DNA of 64,000 nucleotides from an uncultured euryarchaeote (GTDB lineage: Archaea; Thermoplasmatota; Poseidoniia; Poseidoniales; Poseidoniaceae): assembly GCA_937899865.1 (NCBI GenBank), contig CALBRH010000063.1, positions 1,957 to 65,956 on the forward strand, written 5' to 3'. The position numbers were made by a program, and so were the translations under genes. The notes below the pieces were generated by a model. It was not told the origin of the DNA, ran no database searches, and was given only the letters and a program-made list of their open reading frames with translations. Shown here piece after piece: positions 45,699 through 54,246 of the stretch; position 1 is the stretch's first letter; each line of letters begins with the position of its first letter.

Positions 45699-46496
45699 TT
45701 ACAAAGAGCACTTTTCAATTGCCTGCTCAACCGATGAGTTTTGGTGCACAATCATTACAATCGCTTTGGCAATTGCAGTTATATTTTCGTGGGCAAAAAT
45801 TTGTCTACCCATACAAACACCGGCGCCACCTGATTCAATCGATTCTTTTACCATGGTGAGGATTTCTTTGCTATTGCCAGTAGATGGGCCTCCAGCAACA
45901 AGTAGAGGAATCGGTGCAGCCTTACAAACTTGAGAAAAACTATCTTTGTCACCTGTCCAAACGGTTTTTGCTACATCACATCCAAGTTCAAAAGCAATTC
46001 TTGCCGCATGAGCGTATCCTTTGGTAGAATCTGATTTCATTAAATTTACATTTTCACCTCGAACATATACCATGCCCAATACTGGAACATCATTAAGATA
46101 GGCTTCAGTAGTAATATGGCCCATTCTTTCAAGCATTGCTGACTCCTTTTTGCTGCCTATATTAAGTTGACAAGAAACCCCAACTGCTCCTCTCATAATT
46201 GCTTCATCTACATCTCCAACTAAGACTTTGTTACTCTGATTTTTCCCACCGTGTCGAGTGGATGCCGATAGATGAGCGATCATGCTGGTTTTCGTTCCTT
46301 CACAAAGGTGGCTGAATTTATCTACTACGCCTTTGTGAGCAACTATTACATCAACTTCTCCAGCGATAAGTGAATTGATTGTTGACTCAATATCTTCAAG
46401 TCCTCGACTTGGAAAATCAGTGACTCCATGGTCAATTGGCACCCAAACACCCCTGCCGTTCGGTAAAATTTCCGACAGGATTTCTTGCTTCCCCAT
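45699..46496 (-). CDS. 2-amino-3,7-dideoxy-D-threo-hept-6-ulosonate (ADH) synthase (archaeal AroA', class I aldolase fold)
   Basis: VPIDHGVTDFP...GLEDI...VIVAHKG and the Schiff-base lysine context GCDVAKTVWTGD. 265 aa. Confidence 0.8.
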   Translation of the reverse strand: MGKQEILSEILPNGRGVWVPIDHGVTDFPSRGLEDIESTINSLIAGEVDVIVAHKGVVDKFSHLCEGTKTSMIAHLSASTRHGGKNQSNKVLVGDVDEAIMRGAVGVSCQLNIGSKKESAMLERMGHITTEAYLNDVPVLGMVYVRGENVNLMKSDSTKGYAHAARIAFELGCDVAKTVWTGDKDSFSQVCKAAPIPLLVAGGPSTGNSKEILTMVKESIESGGAGVCMGRQIFAHENITAIAKAIVMIVHQNSSVEQAIEKCSL

Positions 46497-46572
46497 GCTA
46501 AGGCCTAAAATCTCTTATTTCTCAATACTTTGCATATCCTTCAAGCAATATTTCTAACATAAGCTATCTAAG

Positions 46573-46580
46573 TTTAATAT
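46573..46580 (+). promoter_or_regulatory. Candidate archaeal TATA box for the 46615 gene
   Basis: tttaatat lies about 38 nt upstream of the ATG, which would give a short 5' leader. Confidence 0.3.
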
Positions 46581-46614
46581 GATTTCAACCGATGCTTCAA
46601 AAGACTAGTTCGCT

Positions 46615-48378
46615 ATGGGTGGTATGATGGAACCGGTGACTATGGCCACAATGGGAGCCCTTGGTGGGGGTTTCTTATTTGGCATGTGGTATACATTAGT
46701 ACGCAGTGATGCGAAATTAAATATGCGCCCTGGAATGTCTGCTGAAGGTCTTAGACAAGACACAGGTGCTCCAAGTTTTGGTAAGACAAAACAGGAAATA
46801 GACCGAAAATTAGCAATTGTTGAGGCTCGAAGAAGAAGGGCGGAATTAGTTGAATCAAAACTAGCTGCTCAAGAAGCAGAACTTAGAGCTGCTGAGAATG
46901 CTAGAAAGTTAGCAGAAGAATCGGAAAAAGCGAGACTACGACGACAACAAGAACGGCTAAGAGCTGAGGAAGAAGAACTTTTGAGGCGAGAAACCGAAGA
47001 ACAGCAAAGAAAAGAGCAGGAAGAATCTGAACGTCAAAGACTTGAAGAAGAGGCTCGTATGTCAAAATTACGTTTGGAGGAGGAAGAAAGACTTGCCAAA
47101 GAACAGGAAGAGTTGCGTCAAGCAGAAATGGCGGCAGCTGAAGAGCAGAGACTTGCTGAGTTGGAGGCGGCTAAATTACAAGAAGAAATGGAATCTCGAG
47201 CGGCTGCTGAGGCTGCAATGGCTGAACTACAAGCCCGACTAGAAAGAGAAGGTGCAATGACTGGCGATGTTCAAATATCCTTGATGTGGGAGAATTACAA
47301 TGATTTGGATTTGCATGTAGTTTGTCCATCTGGTGAAAGAATTCATGGTGGTAACAAAAAATCAGAGTGTAATGGCGAATTAGATGTAGATGCTAATGTT
47401 AGGCCTGAAACTAAGAAACCTGTTGAGAATGTAGTTTGGCCAGGGGTTACCGCACCACCTGGTAATTACCAAGTTTATGTCCATCATTACAAGAAACATA
47501 GGAAGCGTAGAACCAAAGATCCTACAGGATTCCAAATCATAGTCAATAATGTTGGCGATTATCGAGAATATCATGGTGATTTGACTCACGGAGATCCAAT
47601 AAGATTAGTCTGTCAGTTTGAAGTTCCAGAAAGAGATGAGCAATCTGAAAATGTTAAGCGAAGTTTGGAAGAACAAATGCGTCTAGAAGCAGAAGAGTCT
47701 GCAAAAATAGAACAAGAAAGAGAAGCCGAGGAAAATCAAAGGCAAGCTGAACTCGCTGCAGCAGAAGAACAAAGATTGGCAGAGTTGGAAGCCGCTCGAC
47801 AAGAAGAAGAAATTGCGGCTAAGCAAGCGGCAGAAACTGCGATGCAAGAATTACAAGAGCGATTGGACAGAGAAGGCGCAAGGTCAGGGGATGTCCAGAT
47901 TTCTCTGATGTGGGATAACTACAATGATTTGGATTTGCATGTAGTTTGTCCTTCTGGCGAAAGAATTCATGGTGGCAACAAACTTTCACAATGTGGTGGC
48001 GAATTAGATGTAGATGCTAATGTTCGCCCAGAGACCAAAAAACCAGTTGAAAATGTAGTATGGGATGATGACACTGCTCAGGCGGGAGAGTATCAAGTAT
48101 ATGTTCATCATTACAAGAAACATAAGAAGCGTAGAACCAAAGATCCGACAAAATTCAAGGTTATCGTCAACAATATTGGTGAACTGCTAGAATTTGATGG
48201 TAAATTATCTCATGGTGACCCAATCAAATTAGTTGCCCAATTCGAAGTTCCAACTGCTGAAGAAAGGCAAGCAAGAATTGCTGCCATTCGTGCTGAAATG
48301 GAATTATTATCTTCAAGTAAAAAAGATACAGAGACTGAAGAGATAGAAGTTGAAGTTAAACTTGAAGATGATGAATGA
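46615..48378 (+). CDS. N-terminally anchored protein with ER/K-rich helical spacers and two copies of an uncharacterised Cys-containing domain of about 120 aa (DLDLHV signature)
   Basis: TM helix MGALGGGFLFGMWYTLV, then long E/R/K/A/Q-rich segments, then two near-identical modules ending in GDVQISLMW.NYNDLDLHVVCPSGERIHGGNK.S.C.GELDVDANVRPETKKPVENVVW...YQVYVHHYKKH.KRRTKDPT... Confidence 0.7.
   Translation: MGGMMEPVTMATMGALGGGFLFGMWYTLVRSDAKLNMRPGMSAEGLRQDTGAPSFGKTKQEIDRKLAIVEARRRRAELVESKLAAQEAELRAAENARKLAEESEKARLRRQQERLRAEEEELLRRETEEQQRKEQEESERQRLEEEARMSKLRLEEEERLAKEQEELRQAEMAAAEEQRLAELEAAKLQEEMESRAAAEAAMAELQARLEREGAMTGDVQISLMWENYNDLDLHVVCPSGERIHGGNKKSECNGELDVDANVRPETKKPVENVVWPGVTAPPGNYQVYVHHYKKHRKRRTKDPTGFQIIVNNVGDYREYHGDLTHGDPIRLVCQFEVPERDEQSENVKRSLEEQMRLEAEESAKIEQEREAEENQRQAELAAAEEQRLAELEAARQEEEIAAKQAAETAMQELQERLDREGARSGDVQISLMWDNYNDLDLHVVCPSGERIHGGNKLSQCGGELDVDANVRPETKKPVENVVWDDDTAQAGEYQVYVHHYKKHKKRRTKDPTKFKVIVNNIGELLEFDGKLSHGDPIKLVAQFEVPTAEERQARIAAIRAEMELLSSSKKDTETEEIEVEVKLEDDE
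47131..47632 (+). repeat. Intragenic tandem duplication, copy 1 (helix end plus DLDLHV domain)
   Basis: Begins at AAAEEQRLAELEAA and ends at QFEVP. Long stretches match copy 2 at the nucleotide level, for example caatgatttggatttgcatgtagtttgtcc and ggcgaattagatgtagatgctaatgtt. Confidence 0.85.
47755..48255 (+). repeat. Intragenic tandem duplication, copy 2
   Basis: Offset of 624 nt (208 codons) from copy 1. By my hand alignment the domain core is about four-fifths identical at the protein level. Confidence 0.85.
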
Positions 48379-48386
48379 AAATAATT

Positions 48387-49499
48387 TCATGATAGAATAT
48401 CTGTCAAGCGAGATTCATTTTTTGCTTTCTTTATTGACCTAGCAATTCTTCTACCAGTTGACATCCTTTCTTCGTTGATATCGGAATAAGGTGAACCTCC
48501 AACAAATGGATTGGAGCCTGCAACAATTCTTGCACTTATTTCAAAGACTTTGAATTCTAATTGATCAGTAACAATTGTTTCCAAGCAGAAAGGACCTATC
48601 ATGCCACGACTCCCCTCTTCAAGAACGAAAGATTCGGCTACAGTTCCCTCTGCCATTTCAAATGCTTTAGGAAGTAACGATTCTCTAATCACTACTGGTT
48701 GATTGCCAGTTACAACAAAAGAAGGCTCTAAGCTCATTTCACGCAAGTCTCTCAAAGAACCTAATTTGTAGAACTCATCAACATTAGATTCATCTCTTCT
48801 ATCCATTGATAGTAACTCAAGTCTTCCAAGATTTTTTCCTGCATGTTTGCCTTTCCCTTGAACTTGATATCCATCCTCAGCAATTGGGTCAAAGAAGAAA
48901 TGCAAATAATAACGGCAGCCAAGGACATATTCTTGGATAGTGAATTCTTCCTCTATGTCGACATTTCTACGGAAGTCACGATAATCTCTTGCGATAAAGT
49001 AACCTCTACCACCTTTTGCTCCAGCGTACTTGACAATTACTGGGCCATCGATATTGTGTGGGTCATCCAATACTTTAGGCATGTCACAACCACCAGCTTC
49101 TAACCAATCTCTTTGTCTTTGTCTACTACTTTCCCAGTGAAGGATTCCTCTATTCCCAAAAGTGGGGACTTGGAGATTTTTGAAATTTGTAGAGCCAAGA
49201 TATTCTACAAGAGAACCGTGTGGGATTATTATCACGTTACGCTTCCTAAACCATTCTGCATAATCTAACATTTCTCGATAATCTTCTAACATTAACCATT
49301 CATCTGGATCAGCGCCAGGAAATGCTTGGTAGAACTTTCTACGGTTTTCACCAACAGCTATTCCTAGAGTTCGAAAACCTTCTTTTCTTGCCCCATGAAG
49401 GATTTGTAAAGACGAGTGAGATGCGACAACTCCTATTGTTAAGTTGTCAAGGTCGTAGTCGGAAAGCCAAGATTCCAGAGTATCCGTGTCTACGCCCAT
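48387..49499 (-). CDS. purP: 5-formaminoimidazole-4-carboxamide ribonucleotide (FAICAR) synthetase, archaeal PurP
   Basis: IGVVASHSSLQILHGARKEGF N-terminal block and an ATP-grasp-like core. 370 aa. Confidence 0.85.
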   Translation of the reverse strand: MGVDTDTLESWLSDYDLDNLTIGVVASHSSLQILHGARKEGFRTLGIAVGENRRKFYQAFPGADPDEWLMLEDYREMLDYAEWFRKRNVIIIPHGSLVEYLGSTNFKNLQVPTFGNRGILHWESSRQRQRDWLEAGGCDMPKVLDDPHNIDGPVIVKYAGAKGGRGYFIARDYRDFRRNVDIEEEFTIQEYVLGCRYYLHFFFDPIAEDGYQVQGKGKHAGKNLGRLELLSMDRRDESNVDEFYKLGSLRDLREMSLEPSFVVTGNQPVVIRESLLPKAFEMAEGTVAESFVLEEGSRGMIGPFCLETIVTDQLEFKVFEISARIVAGSNPFVGGSPYSDINEERMSTGRRIARSIKKAKNESRLTDILS

Positions 49500-49609
49500 G
49501 TCGAGGGGTTTAGTGTCCCCCCTATGAGCATTATGGACTTATTTTTCATACTGCGATAAAAACAATCACCAAAAACTACCTCCAGTTTTTACATTTTGTC
49601 GAAAAGACA

Positions 49610-50740
49610 GTGAAAGTTCAAGTCTCTATTAGTCATCCGTTAAACATGGAAGATGTTGAGAGGTCTAGTCGAATGACTTATGGAAATTATCTCAGGTTAG
49701 AAGAAATGCTCACATTACAAGAGGGGCCTGAAGGTTATTTGCCAGAACCATGCAATGATGAGAAACATTTCATTATTGTTCATCAGGCATTTGAATTATG
49801 GTTTAAATTAGTCCTTTCAGAGTTAAAAGAAGTTCATTCTCTAATGAATAGTCAAAATATTGACGAAAATTCAATGCCTAAAATAGTTCACCATCTTAAC
49901 AGAGTGTCTACAGTATTCGGTTTAATGTCACAACAGTGGAAGGTAATGGAAACCTTAACGCCTCAAGATTTTCTGTCATTTAGAGATCGATTAGGTACCT
50001 CTTCTGGTTTTGAGTCATGGCAATTAAGACAAATCGAGATTATTCTTGGTCTTGAGCAGCAACAGAGAGATGCAGGCATGGATCCCTTGAGTCATATGAA
50101 AAAGTTGGAAAAAGAAGGTAAAATATCTTCAAACGTGCTTACTGAATTTGAAGAAATGATTAATTCACCATCGCTTAATAAATTGCTCAATGATTGGCTT
50201 TCTCGCACACCAATAAATGGTTCTTTACCTAGTGATTCAAACGACGAAAAAATAGTTTCAGATTATATAGAAAGCCACCTTGATGCTATGAAAACTCATT
50301 CTGGAATGGTAATTTCTCACTTTAAATCGATTGGACATGGTGATGAATCAACACTTGGCGATAGATTAAACAAATCAATATTGGGTGCAAGAGAATTCCT
50401 TCTTCCAAGTGAAAAACCAAATAGAGCAAGAGCAGGACTTTTATTCATTGAATCATATCGAGAATTACCTCTATTGTCTTGGCCAAGAGCACTCATTGAT
50501 TCATTTGTTGAACTTGAAGAATCTATATTGTTATTCAGAAATTCACACGCAAGAATGGTTGAGAGAATGATTGGTAGAAGGATGGGTACAGGTGGATCAA
50601 GTGGAGTTGATTATCTTGATGCAACCTTGAAATATCGTATATTCGTTGATTTATGGACCATTAGGACCATTTTGGTCAAAAGAGATTTGTTACCTGAAGT
50701 TACAAATTCAGCTTATTACGGATTTAACTCTCAAGTATGA
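49610..50740 (+). CDS. kynA: Tryptophan 2,3-dioxygenase
   Basis: YGNYLRLEEMLTLQ, HQAFELWFKL, FRDRLGTSSGFES, H.RMVERMIG.R.GTGGSSG blocks. GTG start in the track; the true start may be the ATG about 14 codons in. Confidence 0.85.
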   Translation: MKVQVSISHPLNMEDVERSSRMTYGNYLRLEEMLTLQEGPEGYLPEPCNDEKHFIIVHQAFELWFKLVLSELKEVHSLMNSQNIDENSMPKIVHHLNRVSTVFGLMSQQWKVMETLTPQDFLSFRDRLGTSSGFESWQLRQIEIILGLEQQQRDAGMDPLSHMKKLEKEGKISSNVLTEFEEMINSPSLNKLLNDWLSRTPINGSLPSDSNDEKIVSDYIESHLDAMKTHSGMVISHFKSIGHGDESTLGDRLNKSILGAREFLLPSEKPNRARAGLLFIESYRELPLLSWPRALIDSFVELEESILLFRNSHARMVERMIGRRMGTGGSSGVDYLDATLKYRIFVDLWTIRTILVKRDLLPEVTNSAYYGFNSQV

Positions 50741-50741
50741 C

Positions 50742-51005
50742 TTAGTCTTCGTGAGGGTCAATATCAATTGGAATTAATTCGTGCTCATATTCATAAAGAG
50801 CGATTTTTAGTGGGTCAAGAACAAATCTAACCGATGCTTCTTCGAATCCATAAAGAGAAATTAGTTCTTCTTTGAATGCCTCACGTAGAACATCTTCATT
50901 GGCATAGAGTGGAGCGCCCATTCCAATTTGAAGGGCTCTTGCCCCAATAATTCTAGCTCTTTCAAATCGGGTATGAAGACGAATCGGTTTTACCATAGCA
51001 ATCAC
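50742..51005 (-). CDS. rpoK: DNA-directed RNA polymerase subunit K (Rpo6)
   Basis: [21 protein letters not shown] core motif. 87 aa. Confidence 0.8.
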   Translation of the reverse strand: MIAMVKPIRLHTRFERARIIGARALQIGMGAPLYANEDVLREAFKEELISLYGFEEASVRFVLDPLKIALYEYEHELIPIDIDPHED

Positions 51006-51061
51006 TTCGACACTCAGTCGTAGCCATGCCTAAGTGCAGTTGTTTTTCAAACTAACCCACA

Positions 51062-51946
51062 TTATTCCGATTCATAAGCATCTTGTTTTTGGAGTTTTCT
51101 AAACCAAATTAGTGCAGGCATTAAGCACAAAAGCAACCCGATAAATGCGATTAATGCAATGTCATATCCGCCATCGTATGCAAGTAAATCGTAATCTTCA
51201 TTAGATTCATAATTGAGATTTTTTTCTCCAGTAGGACTTGTCGATAATGATTGCAAAGGTTGGATTTTATCTTCTTGTAAGACAAAAATCAACCTACTGG
51301 TTGAATCATTTAACCACATACTGATGTTTTGCTCGCGGGAATAATTGGGAATTGTCATTTTGTCAACTGCGAGAAAGGGTAATGTTCGATTATCCAACTC
51401 ATGCTTGACAGATTCCAATTTCCATATTGTCAAATTGTAATTTGTTGTAGTATTCCAATAAACCATTCCTTTGGAAACTGATAAGTTATCAATGCCTGAA
51501 AAGTTGTTATCTATTTCGGCAAGACTTTGATTTAATTCCATTCCTTGACTTGACCCCGTTAGTAAACTATCACTATTGATTACTAAGGATGGAATAAATA
51601 ACAATCGATACGTATTTTCGAATTTATTTTTGGAATGATTTAGATAACTTTGATCAAGAACCGATGGGTGATGTTGCATCAATGCAATTTTTTCAAAGTC
51701 CAATGTTTCTAAAAGTAACTCCAGTGATTCACATGGTTCACACCAATCTGCGCCAAAATATTCAATCATATGTTCAGGTCTTGAAGGCTCACAAGTTTCA
51801 TTATCATTACATGGCAAATCAAGTACAAATACATCTAAAATATCAAGAGAATCGCTTTCTGAGTTAGTATTGTCAATTTCATTCTCTGCAGCAGAAAAAG
51901 GCATTATTAGCATTGAAGAAATCAAAAAAACCATCATCATTGGCAT
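51062..51946 (-). CDS. Exported thioredoxin-fold protein (WCxPC) with a C-terminal TM anchor
   Basis: YFGADWCEPCESLE redox motif, signal-like MPMMMVFLISSMLIMPFSAAE and C-terminal helix IALIAFIGLLLCLMPALIWF. The track start at 52021 would overlap the divergent ctaA start codon, so I use Met26. Confidence 0.55.
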   Translation of the reverse strand: MPMMMVFLISSMLIMPFSAAENEIDNTNSESDSLDILDVFVLDLPCNDNETCEPSRPEHMIEYFGADWCEPCESLELLLETLDFEKIALMQHHPSVLDQSYLNHSKNKFENTYRLLFIPSLVINSDSLLTGSSQGMELNQSLAEIDNNFSGIDNLSVSKGMVYWNTTTNYNLTIWKLESVKHELDNRTLPFLAVDKMTIPNYSREQNISMWLNDSTSRLIFVLQEDKIQPLQSLSTSPTGEKNLNYESNEDYDLLAYDGGYDIALIAFIGLLLCLMPALIWFRKLQKQDAYESE

Positions 51947-52019
51947 GCGTTTCTTTAAACCATCACTTGTCAAATTTCTAAGGCATGTGTTCAAAAGGGG
52001 CACTCTACTCCATTGAACC

Positions 52020-53081
52020 ATGGAGGAGGCTTGGTGGCGACGCCCTTCAACATTGCCTCTTTTTATGTTGATTTTTGCCGTGTTAATTATCTCTTTTGGC
52101 GGTGCGATAAGAATTCATGATGCAGGTGAATCTTGCCCTGATTGGCCTAAATGTTTTGGAACTTATGGCTTTGACATATCAGAAGATGAACAAGCGGCTT
52201 ACTGGGAAGAAAATCCCGATCAAATCGATTCAAGAGGCGTGGAACATCGCTATACAGTGTTTGAAATATTCTTAGAATGGTTTCATAGATTCTTAGTTGG
52301 TGTAATCGCAATTCCAGTATTATTGAATGTGTTTGTTGCAAAGCGTAAAATAGAATTTTATGGTAAACAAAATTTCTATGCCTCAGTATTCATTGCAATT
52401 TTATTATTTACCCAAGCATTTGTTGGCGCTATCACAGTATTCTATGATAATGTAGATTGGTCTGTTGCGCTTCATTTGTCATTAGCCTCGATATTTACTG
52501 CTTCGATAATATGGCAATACAAATTAACTCGAGTTAAGGAAGGAGCAAATTGGAGTTTCATCAAGGTTAAATCAGACTTTGTTCGACTTTATCGAAAGAA
52601 ATTTGACTTGATGGCAATGTCAGTATTGATTCTACTTATTTTGGGTGCTTGGGTTTCTTCAACAGCAGGAGGACAATACAATCAATCATGTTCGGTTGGA
52701 TTCCCCGATGCTTGGCCACAATGTAATGGTCAGTTCCTTCCATCACTTGACAATTCAGGCATATTGGTGCAGATGATTCATAGAATTGGAGCTTTGTTGG
52801 TTGGTCTGGTGTTGATTGTTTCATTATTGAGATTAAAAGAGGAAAAAGATGACTTTCAAAACTCTACACCATTTTACAATGCATTACTTCTAACCTCAAT
52901 TCTGTGGTTCAGTAATTTGATGATTGGGGCTGCTTACCTAATCAAAGCAAAGATAGGCGAATTTCCTGAATGGATATCTCTATTACACCTATTGTTCGGG
53001 GTATCAACATTCCTAGTTGCAGCAAGCGGCCCAATGATGTTTAGATTAAGCCAAAGCGATGCACAGGACAATGAAGAGTGA
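52020..53081 (+). CDS. ctaA: Heme A synthase (CtaA/COX15)
   Basis: GGAIRIHDAGESCPDWPKCFG N-terminal motif, conserved His-containing helices (HRF, HL, HRIGA, HLLFG) and 8 TM-like segments. Confidence 0.8.
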   Translation: MEEAWWRRPSTLPLFMLIFAVLIISFGGAIRIHDAGESCPDWPKCFGTYGFDISEDEQAAYWEENPDQIDSRGVEHRYTVFEIFLEWFHRFLVGVIAIPVLLNVFVAKRKIEFYGKQNFYASVFIAILLFTQAFVGAITVFYDNVDWSVALHLSLASIFTASIIWQYKLTRVKEGANWSFIKVKSDFVRLYRKKFDLMAMSVLILLILGAWVSSTAGGQYNQSCSVGFPDAWPQCNGQFLPSLDNSGILVQMIHRIGALLVGLVLIVSLLRLKEEKDDFQNSTPFYNALLLTSILWFSNLMIGAAYLIKAKIGEFPEWISLLHLLFGVSTFLVAASGPMMFRLSQSDAQDNEE

Positions 53082-53085
53082 TTTC

Positions 53086-54102
53086 ATGAGCGAAATAAAA
53101 CCGGCAATTCCTCATCCTGGATGGCCAAAAGTTTTCATCAAGTTAATGAAATTAAGAGTTATCGTTTTGTTACAAATAACTGCAATATGTGCTATATTAG
53201 TTCACGATATGTTATCCAGGCATGGATTGATAGATGTAGACAGGTCATGGGAAGATACATTTTTTGCATCTTTAATTACCTTAGTAGGGGGTACTTTGTC
53301 TGCTGGAGGCTCCAATGCCATCAATATGTGGTTCGATGCTGATATAGACCAACATATGAGAAGAACCCAAAACAGACCAGTTCCATTAGGACATATTTCG
53401 GCAAATGGTGCCTTAATTTTTGGAATTATAATTGCTGTAATAGGGTCTGCACTATTTTTGTTAGTGAGTTGGAAAGCAGCCTTTTGGTCATTTTTCTCAG
53501 TTTTGTTTTATGTTCTAATTTATACAATTTGGCTAAAAAGAAGAACGCCACAAAACATTGTCATCGGAGGTATAGCAGGATCAACTCCACCACTTATTGG
53601 CTGGGCAGTAGCAGCAGCAGATTACACTAGTAATTACAATCCACTAGACTTGGGTTCAGCAATACCTTGGATGTTATTTGCCCTGATTTTCCTTTGGACT
53701 CCACCTCATTTCTGGGCTCTAGCTTTGTATCGTTCTGGAGAATATGCTAAAGCAGAGGTTCCAATGATGAATGAAGTTAAAGGAACAGAACATACATTGT
53801 TTCAATCAAAAATTTATTGTGTTTTGTTATTTATGTTAGGCTCAGTACCTTGCTTTTGGCCAAATTCAGGCCTTCCTTTAATTTGGTCTTTCATCGCTGG
53901 TGGGCTAACATTGTGGTATTCAGCGTCAGTTTGGGCAATAGACCCCAATGAGCCTTTTGATGAAAATGGGAGAATGCCTAAGGCAGCAAAATCATTCTTC
54001 AGGTCATTGTATTATCTTGGCTACATGTTCCTACTATTGGTTTTAGTGTCAGCAATTCCACCAGAATCGTTAGGTTATTTCGGACCTTTATCGCAGAATT
54101 GA
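53086..54102 (+). CDS. ctaB: Protoheme IX farnesyltransferase (heme O synthase)
   Basis: UbiA-family motif NMWFDADIDQHMRRTQNRP and the second Asp-rich/YxxxK region. The start is uncertain (track 53059). Confidence 0.85.
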   Translation: MSEIKPAIPHPGWPKVFIKLMKLRVIVLLQITAICAILVHDMLSRHGLIDVDRSWEDTFFASLITLVGGTLSAGGSNAINMWFDADIDQHMRRTQNRPVPLGHISANGALIFGIIIAVIGSALFLLVSWKAAFWSFFSVLFYVLIYTIWLKRRTPQNIVIGGIAGSTPPLIGWAVAAADYTSNYNPLDLGSAIPWMLFALIFLWTPPHFWALALYRSGEYAKAEVPMMNEVKGTEHTLFQSKIYCVLLFMLGSVPCFWPNSGLPLIWSFIAGGLTLWYSASVWAIDPNEPFDENGRMPKAAKSFFRSLYYLGYMFLLLVLVSAIPPESLGYFGPLSQN

Positions 54103-54158
54103 ATGACATAATATCAACCGTCATATTCATGACTACATCTAATTTGGCAAGGCTTACT

Positions 54159-54245
54159 GCGGCAGTCGCATAGCCTGGCCATTGCGCCGGATTGCTAATC
54201 CGGTGGTGTCTCACCTCGGGAGTTCGAATCTCCCCTGCCGCGCCA
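54159..54245 (+). tRNA. tRNA-Ser (anticodon GCU) with a genomically encoded CCA
   Basis: Folded by hand. Acceptor GCGGCAG/CTGCCGC. Anticodon stem CCGGA/TCCGG with loop TTGCTAA. Long variable arm GGTG-TCT-CACC. T-arm GGGAG-TTCGAAT-CTCCC. Discriminator G, then CCA. Confidence 0.85.
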
Positions 54246-54246
54246 A

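Noticed and set aside
52019-52022. Divergent genes with overlapping start codons (CATG) as given by the ORF track
   Set aside because: This is biologically implausible because it leaves no promoter space. The minus-strand ORF has a much better start at Met26, directly before its signal-like hydrophobic segment, so the first 25 codons are probably untranslated.
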